A DNA stretch of 64,000 nucleotides from Lingula anatina (Eukaryota; Animalia; Brachiopoda). The DNA lies in the NCBI GenBank assembly GCA_051362555.1, contig CM120644.1:15026534-15090533 (forward strand), given 5' to 3'. The notes under the pieces are model-generated. The model worked only from the letters and a program-made list of their open reading frames with translations. It ran no database searches and was not told where the DNA came from. The number at the start of each line of letters is the position of its first letter. The first letter of the stretch is position 1. A program made the translations under genes and the position numbers. Below are positions 12,621 to 24,496 of this stretch, piece by piece.

Positions 12621-12786
12621 CAGGGGCGTCACCAGGCATACGCACGGATGCACTGTGCGTACAATTTTTTGAGCCAACCATGATATTATTCTCCATAAAT
12701 TCAGTGTATTTTTCACGGAATATAATCGTACCTGAGAATTTTCAAAATCTGTGCGTACAATTTTAAATGGTCTGGTTACGCCCCTG
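12621..12786. mobile_element. Small MITE upstream of SLC13
   Basis: TIRs CAGGGGCGTCACCAG and CTGGTTACGCCCCTG; flanking direct repeat CTTAC; internal duplicated CTGTGCGTACAATTTT. Confidence 0.65.
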
Positions 12787-12854
12787 CTTACATTAACACA
12801 CACTATCTCCATCAAAATAAGAGAAAAAGAGTACGTGTTCTTGCACCGTTCAGG

Positions 12855-12909
<55 letters not shown>

Positions 12910-13605
12910 ATTTGAGTTGCAAGTCCGGCCACTTATATGGAAAAAAATTCTTATTGTAGGCACTACAACACCCGCCCATCAATTATTCAGGAACAGACAC
13001 AGGCGCACACATAAACGAACATAACTGCTAACAATTGTTAAGGTAGCACTTTTTAAACGGTTTCAAATAGATGCAATATGCACTAACGCATGGAAAATAA
13101 AGGTGCTCAGTACTGTCAAATGACAGCCAGTTAGTGCTTTTGTCGCGATGCGGGATCATTCAAATCTTTCAACAACGCTGCACATGAAATTCAGAATAAG
13201 ACTCAGATTCATCTGCTTGTCTAACAGTTATGCCGCCACAATATTATTCATGTACATGAAAAGAGGGTGGAAGATGTCACCAGCGGACTTTCGTATGCAC
13301 GAAGTTCGTCAGGAAATGTCTCCCGCCCTCAAGCAAACTTTCGAATGATCACGTGGACCATGCCAATTCCGCCGCTGTTGATTCTGCGCAGTACATTGTT
13401 TCCTGGTGGATAACTTATTGTCTTGTATTACCTGCATGTTCTATTTAGAGCAAAATGACTGGTAGGCTTATCGAGTGTACGAACTGAGGTATTGAAAGGT
13501 AAGATAAACATTTGACAGTTCCTACCTGACAAAGTAGTTCATACTCGAATAACAGTAAGTGATAGAAACGGAAAAAAAACTGCACAGATGTCTTGGTTGA
13601 ATTTT

Positions 13606-14146
13606 CAGGCCTACCCAACTACCAGACTCGGCACCTAAGGATCCTGAATTAACCGGTATATCGGACCACGCTACGCGTTTTCAAGGTGTGTGTCAGATCG
13701 CATTACGGAGTATCATACCCCAGCACAAATTTTGTAGCACGGCTGCGGGCTCATCCACGCTCGGCTGAACAACCTGAAACTGTACTCTTACTTTAGAGTA
13801 CTCTATTTTATTGTCTCTATGGGGACTTTACGACATTCGGTTTGAATGTTTTAACCACTTTTGATAGGGCTTTTTTGCATTGTATTAGATTAATGTGGCA
13901 GTCTAAGGTTCATCTAGGTGGTTTTCAAATTTATGCGCCCGGTTTTAAAATCATATAGCGATTTTACGACAGTCGTTTACTATCCAATCAAAGTGACAGC
14001 CGAGCATGCCAGGGCTCATCCTGTCGGTGTTCTGGCTGATACTCCGAAATGCGATCTGACACACACCTTGAAAACGGGTAGTGTGGTCCGATATACCGGT
14101 TAATTCAGGATCCTTAGGTGCCGAGTCTGGTAGTTGGGTAGGCCTG
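13606..14146. mobile_element. MITE with long (~110+ bp) terminal inverted repeats
   Basis: CAGGCCTACCCAACTACCAGACTCGGCACCTAAGGATCCTGAATTAACCGGTATATCGGACCAC... with its near-perfect reverse complement ending at 14146. The element is absent from the paralogous site at ~17895. Confidence 0.85.
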
Positions 14147-14511
14147 ATGTTTTATCTCCTTACGTTTGTGGCTTAATCATACACGTACATGAGTGAATAT
14201 TTTATCAGACGCCATATGGTTATGCACTAGTAATATAGAAATCATCGGTAAATATACCTTAATTTGAAAGGCTTCTATCTATATATGCTCTATTGTTGGT
14301 TTCTTGATATTTTAAGATAAAATCCACGGCAAATAGATGTGCATAATTACTACAGGGCAGTGGAACGGATGTCATAAAGTCACGTCTTTGAGCTTTTATC
14401 ACTAATAACCCTAATTTCCTATGACTCTAAGCTATAACTAAGCTATAGCTATAAGCAAGACAGCCTAACATTGTCTTTTTATAAGAGGTTTATCGGAATT
14501 CCATGCCGGAG

Positions 14512-14808
14512 GTATGGAAGCGTGTAAGGGTCACAACACCAACACCAAAAACAAACTTCACAACACCAACACCAAAAACAAAGCTCACAACACCAACACC
14601 AAAAAGAAAGCTCACAACTTTTTGTGAGCTTTCTTTTTGGTGTTGGTGTTGTGAGTTTTCTTTTTGGTGTTGGTGTTGTGAGCTTTCTTTTTGGTGTTGG
14701 TGTTGTGAGCTTTCTTTTTGGTGTTGGTGTTGTGAGTCTTCTTTTCGGTGTTGGTGTTGTGAGCTTTCTTTTTGGTGTTGGTGTTGTGACCCTTACACGC
14801 TTCCATAC
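14512..14808. mobile_element. Foldback-like non-autonomous DNA transposon built of inverted 27-bp tandem repeats
   Basis: Perfect TIR GTATGGAAGCGTGTAAGGGTCACAACACCAACACCAAAAA. About 3 copies of CTCACAACACCAACACCAAAAAGAAAG on the left and ~6 inverted copies on the right. 4-bp duplication GGAG at 14508-14511 and 14809-14812. Confidence 0.85.
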
Positions 14809-14915
14809 GGAGGATTGTTCTTCATACCTTTTCGCCAATTACAATGATTTCAGCCATTTCATCTGCAGGTTATGTTGATCCTAGCTTGGCCTGGCATTCC
14901 TCTTCTTGAATCTGA

Positions 14916-15437
14916 GGCCGCATTCACAACCAAAGTTGTTCCGCGGACTAACAGATACGCGTATTCAATGTGGCCGGCCCACTTGAAAGCTTACAGTGTA
15001 ATCTCCGCGGTGAATCTATTCAGTGTCTGTTAGGGGATTACTCGGCAATCTTTCAAGTGGGTTGGCCATATTTGATCCGAGGATCTGTTAGGGGCCATTC
15101 AGAATAGATGATCCGAGTGCTAACTCATCCGACGACTAATTTTGACCGACCGCACTTCAAAAGCGTTCCCGGTGATTTCCGATGGTCTCCACGCCTCCAC
15201 ACGCACCATTAAACGGAATACATCTCGGCTTTTAATTTTAATTGCTTAATTTAAAAAGGTTTAATTGCTAGGCCTCTGCAGCGACGGCGCGTGTGCAGGC
15301 GGTGAGACCATCATAGAATAGGCGACATCGCTTTTGAAGTGGGGTCGGCCATATTTGGTCGGCGGATCAGTTAGTACTCGGATCATCTATTCTGAACGGC
15401 CCCTTAGTCTGCGTATCATCTTGTTCTGAATTTGCCT
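14916..15437. mobile_element. Nested Harbinger-type MITEs: inner element 15091-15403 (TTA TSD) inside an older related element
   Basis: Inner TIRs GGGGCCATTCAGAATAGATGATCCGAGT and ACTCGGATCATCTATTCTGAACGGCCCC, flanked by TTA. Removing the inner element restores an outer right arm complementary to 14916-14960. Confidence 0.75.
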
Positions 15438-15746
15438 TGAGACTACGGAGATTGCTGTTGCATACAAATTGTCTTACCCCGCAGCTAGTCTCTTAAAGTC
15501 TTTGAGTGAAACAGCTTTGGATTCGACCTAGATAAGGGCTATTACAGAGATACCTACAATACGCTTTGCAAAGGAAAGGGATTAACATATATTGTTGCAT
15601 TGTTATGTGAATATTTGTGTTTGTGAATGGTATACATTTGTTAAATCCTTTTTCAGATACTCACTGACCAATCCTGTGACTTTTTTTAAATATTGGGACT
15701 GGCAGAAAGTTTACGCAATTGGAAGGATACCAGTGTTTTTAGATTC

Positions 15747-16973
15747 ATGGAGGAGACCTCCTGTGTTAAAAGCCCTTCAGGGAGTAGGACAAACGGGCTT
15801 TGCAACGTTAAAAAGTCGTCCCATACAGCAATCCTATCCATGACTATATTTTTCGGCATATCTTCATTATTCATGCTCTTAAAACTATCAGACGTCCATG
15901 GAATAATCTGGGCTTCTATTCACCACCGGCTTCACAATGCAGCAGACATCGAGATGGACGAAGGCCAGACTGAGTATTGGCCTCAAAAAACTGACCCCAG
16001 GTCATTCAGCAAACCGAAGTTGATTTTGTATTGGGATCCAGGTCCGGGATGGCGTTACATGAATCTCAGGGCGCTTACAAAACCAGTTTTTAAGTCACTA
16101 GGCTGTAAAATTGACCACTGCGTCTACACCGAGGATAGGTCATTAGCCGACCAAAGTGACGCAATTGTATTCATGGCCAGAAGTTTGGGCAGTAAACCTA
16201 GAAAATTACCTCACCAGCGCTGGGTGTGGGTAACGCACGAAAGTTCATGCCACACCGAGGAAGCTCATGGACCATGGGCGGGGATGTTTAATTGGACCAT
16301 GACATATCGGCTGGATTCGGATATTTTTGCTCCGTGGTATTTTCCAAGAAAACGAGATAATGTTTTGGTGAAGAATTTTACGGATATCGCTCTGAGGAAA
16401 TCCAAAATGGTGGCTTGGTTTGTAAGCCATTGTGCTACCAGGAGCAGGCGAGAGAGTTACGTGAAAGAATTGCAGAAGTACATTGATGTTGACATTTACG
16501 GACAATGTGGTCCACTCAAATATTCTAGGAGTAAGAATAAAGAATGTGAAGCACGCGTATTCAAAGAATATAAATTCTATCTTTCATTTGAAAACAGCAT
16601 CACAAAAGATTATATATCAGAAAAATTTTGGAAAACAGCAGAACACAATATAGTTCCAATTACGCGCGGAAGTCCGGCAAATTACTCCAGAGTAGGGATA
16701 CAACCAAGCTGGCATATTTCCACGAGTGATTTCGCGTCACCAAAAGATTTGGCTCGATATCTTCATTATCTAGCCACCAATATCACGGCATACGTGAAGT
16801 ATTTGGAATGGAAAAACCATTACTACACAGCCCCGCGTATTAAATCGTATTGCGAACTGTGTGCAAAACTTAACGATCCGAGTGAGCCGGTTAAGTGGTA
16901 CCCAGAGGGAACGCTGACAGAATGGTTAAATGAAGGAGGTTGCCTGTCCCCAAATGATTTAAATTTTACATAA
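15747..16973 (+). CDS. Alpha-1,3-fucosyltransferase (GT10), copy 1, 408 aa, intronless CDS
   Basis: ATG at 15747 aligns with the start of copy 2; the upstream TTG extension is interrupted by a stop in copy 2. Type II TM anchor. Motifs FNWTMTYRLDSDI, VAWFVSHC..SRRESYVKELQKYIDVDIYGQCG, YKFYLSFENSITKDYISEKFW, DFASPKDLARYL. Confidence 0.93.
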   Translation: MEETSCVKSPSGSRTNGLCNVKKSSHTAILSMTIFFGISSLFMLLKLSDVHGIIWASIHHRLHNAADIEMDEGQTEYWPQKTDPRSFSKPKLILYWDPGPGWRYMNLRALTKPVFKSLGCKIDHCVYTEDRSLADQSDAIVFMARSLGSKPRKLPHQRWVWVTHESSCHTEEAHGPWAGMFNWTMTYRLDSDIFAPWYFPRKRDNVLVKNFTDIALRKSKMVAWFVSHCATRSRRESYVKELQKYIDVDIYGQCGPLKYSRSKNKECEARVFKEYKFYLSFENSITKDYISEKFWKTAEHNIVPITRGSPANYSRVGIQPSWHISTSDFASPKDLARYLHYLATNITAYVKYLEWKNHYYTAPRIKSYCELCAKLNDPSEPVKWYPEGTLTEWLNEGGCLSPNDLNFT

Positions 16974-18027
16974 CACAAACGAACAAAGATTGGAAGTAGA
17001 TAACTAAACATGGAGAATGGATTCACTGAAATATCATGATGCTATATGAGCTGTGGTTTCACTTTACCTCGACTTCACCGTACCTGTAAAAGAGATGTTT
17101 TGGATCTCCATATTTTCCAGATTATCGTCTATAAAAGAGTTCCACGCTCTACAAAATACCCTCATATCAGTGTCTAGTCATAGTAATGGTCGCTGTTACG
17201 CTTGGACTCTTCTGGCTGTTGCCAGCGCATTCAAGCGGCAAGGCATTTCTTGGGATAGGTTTTTAGAGTTCAATCTGGAATAACATTCCAGGAAACGGTC
17301 AAAAATTGTCCAGTTTGGTCCAGTTTTGTTGTAGGACATGTAGGCCGTTGATTAGGCGAGTAATGGCCTACCCACATACTGCCTATGCAGTTCAAATGCA
17401 GCGATTTTGATGACCAGGGTAGCTGCTCATTCCCATGGTTCTGTAAGTTATCTGCTATTAAAAGTGCTCTGTGTGAACCGGCAAACTCACCGTGCAACCT
17501 AAAATTGTTCCTAAGGTGGCCCCCTATCAAATGATAGTCAATCGATTCCCAGATTATTCCTTTATTTGGTCTGGTTAATATTTTTGTCGATGACTACCAT
17601 TGGTGTTTTGGCACCAATGTGTTATCCACTCCAAATACTGACGCTGTCAATGAACCGAGTCACTTTAAACGCGGTACACGCTTCGTCGTAAGCCTCTTCT
17701 GGAAGTCTGTAAACTCTGTATTGACTACTTAGGCGGCACAGGTGAAATCTGACTTCAAGCGACCCTATCATTATACACTCCCTCTATTGTATTTTCCACC
17801 GCATTAATCGCAGTGTAATCTTCAAATGGTCTACGGGGTAAATATACACATCCTTAATACTAGTACGGTAAAACTGCACAGATGTCTTGGTTGAATTTCT
17901 CTTTTTTTTATCTCCTTACGCTTGTGGCTTAATCATACACGCACAAGTGTAAATATTTTATCAGACGCCATATGGTTATGTGCTAGTAATATAGAAATCA
18001 TCGGCAAATATATCTTAATTAGAGGGG

Positions 18028-18029
<2 letters not shown>

Positions 18030-18092
<63 letters not shown>
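18030..18092. repeat. (TA)n microsatellite, representative of many simple repeats
   Basis: Read directly. Others: (TA)n 52318-52382, (GA)n/(CA)n 11684-11757, poly-A 12857-12907, (TAA)n 22075-22124 and 46027-46100, (GA)n 61050-61270. Confidence 0.95.
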
Positions 18093-18094
<2 letters not shown>

Positions 18095-18377
18095 CGGTTG
18101 CATACAAATTGTCTTACCCCGCAGTTAGTCTCTTAAAGTCTTTGAGTGAAACAGCTTTGAATTCGACCTAGATAAGAGCTATTACAGAGATACCTACAGT
18201 ACGCTTTGCAAAGGAAAGGGATTAACGTATATTGTTGCATTGGTATGTTCCTTGTAAAAGGACTACCTTTGTTAAATGCTTTTTCAGATACTCACAGACC
18301 AACCCTGTGACTGTTTTTAAATATTGGGACTGATAGAAAGTTTAAGAAATTAGAAGGATACCAGTGTTTTTCGATTC

Positions 18378-19604
18378 ATGGAGGAGACCTCTCGTGGTAA
18401 AAGCCCTTCAGGGAGTAGGACAAACGGGCTTTGCAACGTTAAAAAATCGTCTCATACAGCAATCCTATCCATGACAATATTTTTCGGCATATCTTCATTA
18501 TTCATGCTCTTAAAACTATCAGACGTCCATGGAATAATCTGGGCTTCTATTCACCACCGGCTTCACAATGCAGCAGACATCGAGATGGACGAAGGCCAGA
18601 CTGAGTATTGGCCTCAAAAAACTGACCCCAGGTCATTCAGCAAACCGAAGTTGATTTTGTATTGGGATCCAGGTCCGGGATGGCGTTACATGAATCTCAG
18701 CGCGCTTACCAAACCAGTTTTTAAGTCACTAGGTTGTGAAATAGACCACTGTGTCTACACCGAGGATAGGTCAATAGCCGACCAAAGTGACGCAATTGTA
18801 TTCGTGGCCAGAAGTTTGGGCAGTAAACCTAGAAAATTACCTCACCAGCGCTGGGTGTGGGTAACGCACGAAAGTTCATGCCACACCAAGGAAGTTCGTG
18901 GGCCATGGGCGGGAATGTTCAACTGGACCATGACATATCGGCTGGATTCGGATATTTTTGCTCCGTGGTCTTTTCCAAGAAAACGAGATAATGTTTTGGT
19001 GAAGAATTTTACGGATATCGCTCTGAGGAAATCCAAAACGGTGGCTTGGTTTGTAAGCAATTGTGCTACCAGAAGCAGACGAGAGAGGTACGTGAAAGAA
19101 TTGCAGAAGTACATTGATGTTGACATTTACGGACAATGTGGTCCATTCAAATGTTCTAGGAGTAAGAATAAAGAATGTGAAGCACGCGTATTCAAAGAAT
19201 ATAAATTCTATCTTGCATTTGAAAACAGCATTACGAAAGATTATATATCAGAAAAATTTTGGAAAACAGCAGAACACAATACAGTTCCAATTACGCGCGG
19301 AAGTCCGGCAAATTACTCCAGAGTAGGGATACAACCAAGCTGGCATATTTCCACGAGTGATTTCGCGTCACCAAAAGATTTGGCTCGATATCTTCATTAT
19401 CTAGCCACCAATATCACGGCATACGTGAAGTATTTGGAATGGAAAAACCATTACTACACAGTCCCGCGTATTAAATCGTATTGCGAACTGTGTGCAAAAC
19501 TTAACGATCCGAGTGAGCCGGTTAAGTGGTACCCAGAGGGAACGCTGACAGAATGGTTAAATGAAGGAGGTTGCCTGTCCCCAAATGATTTAAATTTTAC
19601 ATAA
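18378..19604 (+). CDS. Alpha-1,3-fucosyltransferase (GT10), copy 2, 408 aa, intronless CDS
   Basis: Same GT10 motifs (YKFYLAFENSITKDYISEKFW). 18 aa differences from copy 1 by manual comparison; 5' and 3' flanks are shared. Confidence 0.93.
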   Translation: MEETSRGKSPSGSRTNGLCNVKKSSHTAILSMTIFFGISSLFMLLKLSDVHGIIWASIHHRLHNAADIEMDEGQTEYWPQKTDPRSFSKPKLILYWDPGPGWRYMNLSALTKPVFKSLGCEIDHCVYTEDRSIADQSDAIVFVARSLGSKPRKLPHQRWVWVTHESSCHTKEVRGPWAGMFNWTMTYRLDSDIFAPWSFPRKRDNVLVKNFTDIALRKSKTVAWFVSNCATRSRRERYVKELQKYIDVDIYGQCGPFKCSRSKNKECEARVFKEYKFYLAFENSITKDYISEKFWKTAEHNTVPITRGSPANYSRVGIQPSWHISTSDFASPKDLARYLHYLATNITAYVKYLEWKNHYYTVPRIKSYCELCAKLNDPSEPVKWYPEGTLTEWLNEGGCLSPNDLNFT

Positions 19605-19750
19605 CACAAACGAACAAGGATTGGAAGTATATAACTAAACATGGAGAATGGATTCACTGAAATATCATGATGCTATATGAGCTGTGGTTTCACTTTGCCA
19701 TGACTTGCCCGTATATGAAGTTCATATTTCTATCAATTAAAAATGACTTA

Positions 19751-20005
19751 GAATGGGCTCCCATACCTAGAGTAATCTAACAGGCTCGATCCATCTCCAA
19801 GGGGTTTCTCGCTAAATTGCTTTCAGCTTAACCGGCTTAGATGTCTGGCACGCTTAATCAAGCTGCTAAACGATAATTGATTACCCCCAAAAGCTTCAGT
19901 GGGCGTGACAGACATCTAAGCCGCTTAAGTTGAGTGCAATTTAGCGAGAATCCCCTTGTAGATAGATCGATCCACAGTTAGTAGGATGTGGTCTGGGAAT
20001 GGTCC
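19751..20005. mobile_element. Palindromic MITE inserted in one copy of a ~105-bp direct repeat
   Basis: Internal inverted arms TCTCGCTAAATTGC..CTTAA..GGCTTAGATGTCTG and CAGACATCTAAGCC..CTTAAG..GCAATTTAGCGAGA. The repeat copy at 20031-20140 shows the empty site ATGACCTAGCTGGTA. Confidence 0.65.
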
Positions 20006-21051
20006 TAGCTGGTAAACTAAAGGAGCCGTGTTGGATTCATTAAAATTTAATGATGCTGTATGAGCAGTGATTTCACTTTGCCATGGTTTCCCCGTATATA
20101 AAGTTAATTATTCTATCAATTAAAAATGACCTAGCTGGTACTCTGTATACGAACCATGGAAGCAGCAGGAGCCAGTACGAGCCATAGCTAATTGGTTTGG
20201 AAAATGAAAAGAAGCGTAGTTGGTATGATATATGTTTATTAAAATATACCGGGGTAATAACAGCTGATGACAGGGTAAGATGAAGGTAATATAGAAATGT
20301 TGAATGAGTGCATTTCAACCTAAAACTGGCCAGCACTTTCAGTAGGTTAATTTGAGATCAATACTCTTTAAATTGATCTAGCTGTGCTTTGCTTCCGAAG
20401 GCAATTTGACTGGTACATAAGGGGTTCTTAAAGGCATAATAACTCTTTGTATGAGACCTATATTTCACAATAAAAACCTTGTGAATAACTAATAGAAATA
20501 TAATATATTCTGTTTTACCACAAAAACAGCAGTTATAGCTTTTATTCTGATATTTGAACTTGTCTTTAGACCACGCGACCTCCATTGATGTCTATACGTT
20601 GTTAAAATCTCTTAAGAGATTTTAACAAAAAACCAAACTTTTTAGAAAAAAACCAGGGATTAACTTTGAATGTAAAAATGGATTCATTAACCATTGGTAA
20701 GTATGGGAAAATTGTTGTTTACTCCAGGAAAATTCATTTTTTGGCCGAAACGAAGAGTTATTATTGCTTTAACAATATTCTGACTAAAATTACATCGATA
20801 TGTGTAAAATACTTTATACGGAAAATATAAATGGTTGAGCTAAAGATGGTTCTGAGCCATTGAACAACATTTTTACAGACACGTAGAATGCAAGGAATGT
20901 CGTGACATCCTGAAAAATTATTTAAGAATTAACCAACTTGGCATCAAACTCTTTAAGTCTTTCATTTAATTTTCTCGTGCTCCTGTGAGATCTGTTATTC
21001 CTTTCTGTAAAATGCCGTAGATGGACAATGTTGTTGTTGCATTTTGACAAT

Positions 21052-22073
21052 TTACGTGCAGATCTTTTCACATTTGTTAACGTTGACACAGTCCTTAACA
21101 TCGGCGTACCTCCATCGCAGACATTTGGGGTCGCTTACATATCTCCTGCGTCCGATCCCTCCGCGGTTTCCAAAGAACCAACCATAGTCGGCGCAGGTCC
21201 TTTCGGTTTTCACGGTACAGCCCTCCTTCACCTTGCACGCAGATTGCTTGAAGCACGGCCCTCCGCTTTTTGGCGGGTAGCCGCCATGATGGGGATCGTA
21301 AGGATCAACGTGACCGTCTCCCTTGTAAGGATCTTTTGGCCCAGCGTGGACTGGCGTGTACGGGTCTTTGTGACCGCCGCCAAGGTAAGGGTCGTGAGGA
21401 TCGTAAGCGTTGTCGATTTGGACAGCGACCCCGAGATTACGTGGAGGAGGGGGTGGAGGATGGCCACCGAAAGAGGCAGTGTTTACACCACCACCTAGGC
21501 GACTCTTGATGCTGTTTAGTCTCTTCTTGGCGTAGGCACTGAAACGATCGAAGAGGTCACGGCGATTCCTTGTCTTCGTGGTTGTTGAGGCTGTTGGAAG
21601 AGAAAGATGAAAAATTCAAACTTTGTATACATGATATCAATCATTTAATATATCATATATTATTCATTTTTAGTTCTTTACTATCCGAAGTTCCCGCATT
21701 TTCAGAAGTATTTATATCATTTCTTTTTTTCATGATGGCATCCATCTTTTTTTACTCACTTGTTCCCATATTTGTCTATTCATATGCTAATTTATTTTGC
21801 ATGTATGTTTTTATTTATTTAGTTCATTTATGCATACATTTTCACATAATTTCCTTTCTAAAAATCTAAATATAAATTTCAATAAGTTGTACTACGACAT
21901 ACCTTCTATATCCTCTTTGGTCGTTTTCTCAAGAAGTTGAAGTCTGTGGCCGCCGCAGAAGTTCAAGATGGCGTCACTGAGAGAGGCGCGGTCCACCACT
22001 GTGTCCAAAGCATGGTAGTAGCTTTCCTTTGTCTCTGTGATCTGCCCAGGGGCTTGATGCTTGAAAACAAAAG

Positions 22074-22125
<52 letters not shown>

Positions 22126-22158
22126 TAAAACCGCGGAGGGGTTGGACGCCGGAGATAT

Positions 22159-22189
<31 letters not shown>

Positions 22190-24064
22190 ATACCTTGTAG
22201 ATCCGGTTCAGTCAAAACCAATAATCTTTTTTTTTTCAAATCCGAAATTAAAATTTTGGTGTATTTTCATGGTTTGTTTGTTTTTCATTTTTTATATATT
22301 CAAAGCAGAAAGGAAAAACAGCAGTTATGATATTTATGAGACTGGGTATATTAAATGATATGGGTCATTGAACAATATGAATATTCATAAATGAAACAAT
22401 TACCTCAGCGCTCTGATAAGCTTCTTCAAGACCAGTCACATTTGTTTCTGCCATGTTGCTATCCATGTCCCGGATATAACAAGACGTGTCGTCTGCGAAA
22501 CGAAGAGCTGTCTTTCCCTATTGGTGAAAAAGATGTATTTGATTATTTAAGTCTGTATCAGATCACTATAGATGTTTAAAATACACCAATACTCTCAATT
22601 TATTCTAAAATAAGATAATTAAGATAAATCAAGATAATGAGAAAGTGTTGGTTACAATGATTCAAATTTAGAAAACAAACACATTTCATAAACGATTATA
22701 CCTTCTTGATGGTCATTAGGTATAACAATTCCACATATACATATACTTACTGATTTATAGTCATGCAAGACGAAGGTTTCTTTCTTCCCGTCAGATGGAG
22801 CCACATGTACTGCCTCCAGTTTATCCACCGAGCTAATTTCAACCTCCTGCTTAATTTCTTTGGTGTCCTCTTTAAAAGTAACTAAAAACGCCTGAAAACA
22901 TTAAAAAAAATAGCTTTATGATCGTATAGTCACCACTTAATTTGATGACAGACGTTTTTCTATTTAACTAACATTCCAGTGTGAATCTTTTGATTTATTC
23001 ATTCATTATTTTTTTCTTTGCAAAAAGAATCCTTTTTATTGAAAATCTGTAAAAGATATTTCAGAAATCAAAGGAAGTTTTCAGACACGCCTTAAAATAC
23101 GTGCATTACCACAGATTCGGGACGCACTGAATGGGGGGGGGGGGGGGGAAGACTGAGTGGGGTCGCACTTCCAGACGAGATACATGTTTTATTGGGTTTG
23201 CAATCTTTGATAATCGATCATGGACGGGGATGCACAGCAGGCACATCCTCACCCCTAAACTTCAGAGATCTCCCGAGGCCCTTCCCCATTTTCCCTCGCC
23301 CAAAAAATACGCACTACGCGTGAAACGAAATTAATCAGTCATTTTTATATAATTTCTGTGCCTACATGTTTCACAATTTTTTTTCTGGTCTACATATTTA
23401 TATATTAGGAGAGTAGGTAGACAGTTTTCTTAATGCACCCCACATCCCGTCCAGTTCCTTAGCAATATTTTGTATACTCTACCAGTACCGTAGTCAGGAA
23501 TTTCAAATGCGAGAGGCAATTTTTTTCTTTTTAAAGTGGACCTTTTATCATGAAACCTCCGTGAAAGTCGATCAATTTTTATCCAAAGCGGACCTTTCCC
23601 GGCAAAAAGGGAAGTTCGTTCAAAGCCCCCCACCCTCCCCGAAGCCTCCATCCCACAACTACGGGCATGCTCTACTGAATCGTGTCGCAATCCCATCTGC
23701 AACGAAACTCAGGCACCTCTCACTTGAAATACCATCTTGTTTGCTTCTTTAACAATGTCATTATTGCGATTATAGATGTTGTTTATTTTAATGAATAACA
23801 TAAAAAACCTATAGCCTATATTTTAATAAATAACATATAAAATCAGAAACCTAAAAAACTCACCTTCAACATATCGGTGTTTGCTTTCTGTGTCATGTGG
23901 GTGGCAACCAAAACTCCGCCCACTGCCATAGCAACCAAGATGACAAGCGTGACAGCTGCAATAGCGCCGTACTTTTTCTTGTTCGAAGTTTTTGCTCCTT
24001 CGGAAACTACGACCACTTTAGGTTCGTCGAACATCTTTGCAGATACAACGGCTTCTGGCAACAT
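21052..24064 (-). CDS. BRICHOS-domain type II membrane precursor, paralog B (~383 aa)
   Basis: Exons (minus) 24064-23864, 22891-22751, 22517-22404, 22059-21903, 21590-21052; 1152 nt. Internal exon sizes 141/114/157 are identical to paralog A. VLHDYKSGKTALRFADDTSCYIR ... LSDAILNFCGGHRLQLL; RNRR furin site; C-terminus PCFKQSACKVKEGCTVKTERTCADYGWFFGNRGGIGRRRYVSDPKCLRWRYADVKDCVNVNKCEKICT*. Confidence 0.9.
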
Positions 24065-24219
24065 TACTGGAAGGAAATAATGTTTTTAAATATTAATCTG
24101 AAACTGAGAACATACGTTATTTCAATAATGTTTGCAACTGAATACTTCGTATTCTGCAAAAACATAATGTGTAAAGCAGTATCCGTAAGGTGTACAAGCT
24201 GTAGGGTTAGAACAAAACA

Positions 24220-24250
<31 letters not shown>

Positions 24251-24398
24251 ATATTTAATGGAATTAAGAAATAGATGAATGAGTTATCAACAGTTTTAAG
24301 TGATTTGGAACGGAGCCATAATTTTTTGTAAGGTAAGCAATGTTACCGTTGCAAAGCTTCACACTAACCGACAATGCTTTCTTAAACGTATAACTAAC

Positions 24399-24496
24399 CT
24401 TCAACAAAATCAGCAAGCAGCTCAATCAGAGGATCTCCGTTCTTCCCCGATCTCGACTCCACTGCTACCTGAGACCAAAGCGTCCAGTTATATACT
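24399..24496 (-). promoter_or_regulatory. Putative TATA box and non-coding first exon of BRICHOS paralog B
   Basis: Minus-strand GTATATAAC at ~24487-24495, donor AAG|GTTAGT at ~24398, and acceptor CCTTCCAG two bases before the ATG at 24064. Confidence 0.45.

Larger units (their letters stand above)
13575..19696 (+). repeat. Tandem segmental duplication carrying the fucosyltransferase (units ~13575-17065 and ~17870-19696)
   Basis: Shared AAAACTGCACAGATGTCTTGGTTGAATTT (~13576 and ~17870), GTTGCATACAAATTGTCTTACCCCGCAG (15457 and 18097) and 3' GCTATATGAGCTGTGGTTTCACTTT. Confidence 0.88.

Noticed and set aside
14479-14878. Repetitive ORFs (TTPTPKRKL, SFWCWCCE, FLFGVGVVS) and a CRISPR-like look
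   Set aside because: These are translations of the 27-bp units of a foldback element. The units are contiguous with no unique spacers, there are no cas genes, and the context is eukaryotic.
15693-15746. N-terminal extension of fucosyltransferase copy 1 in the ORF track
   Set aside because: It starts at TTG, and the homologous stretch in copy 2 contains a stop. The shared ATG is at 15747.
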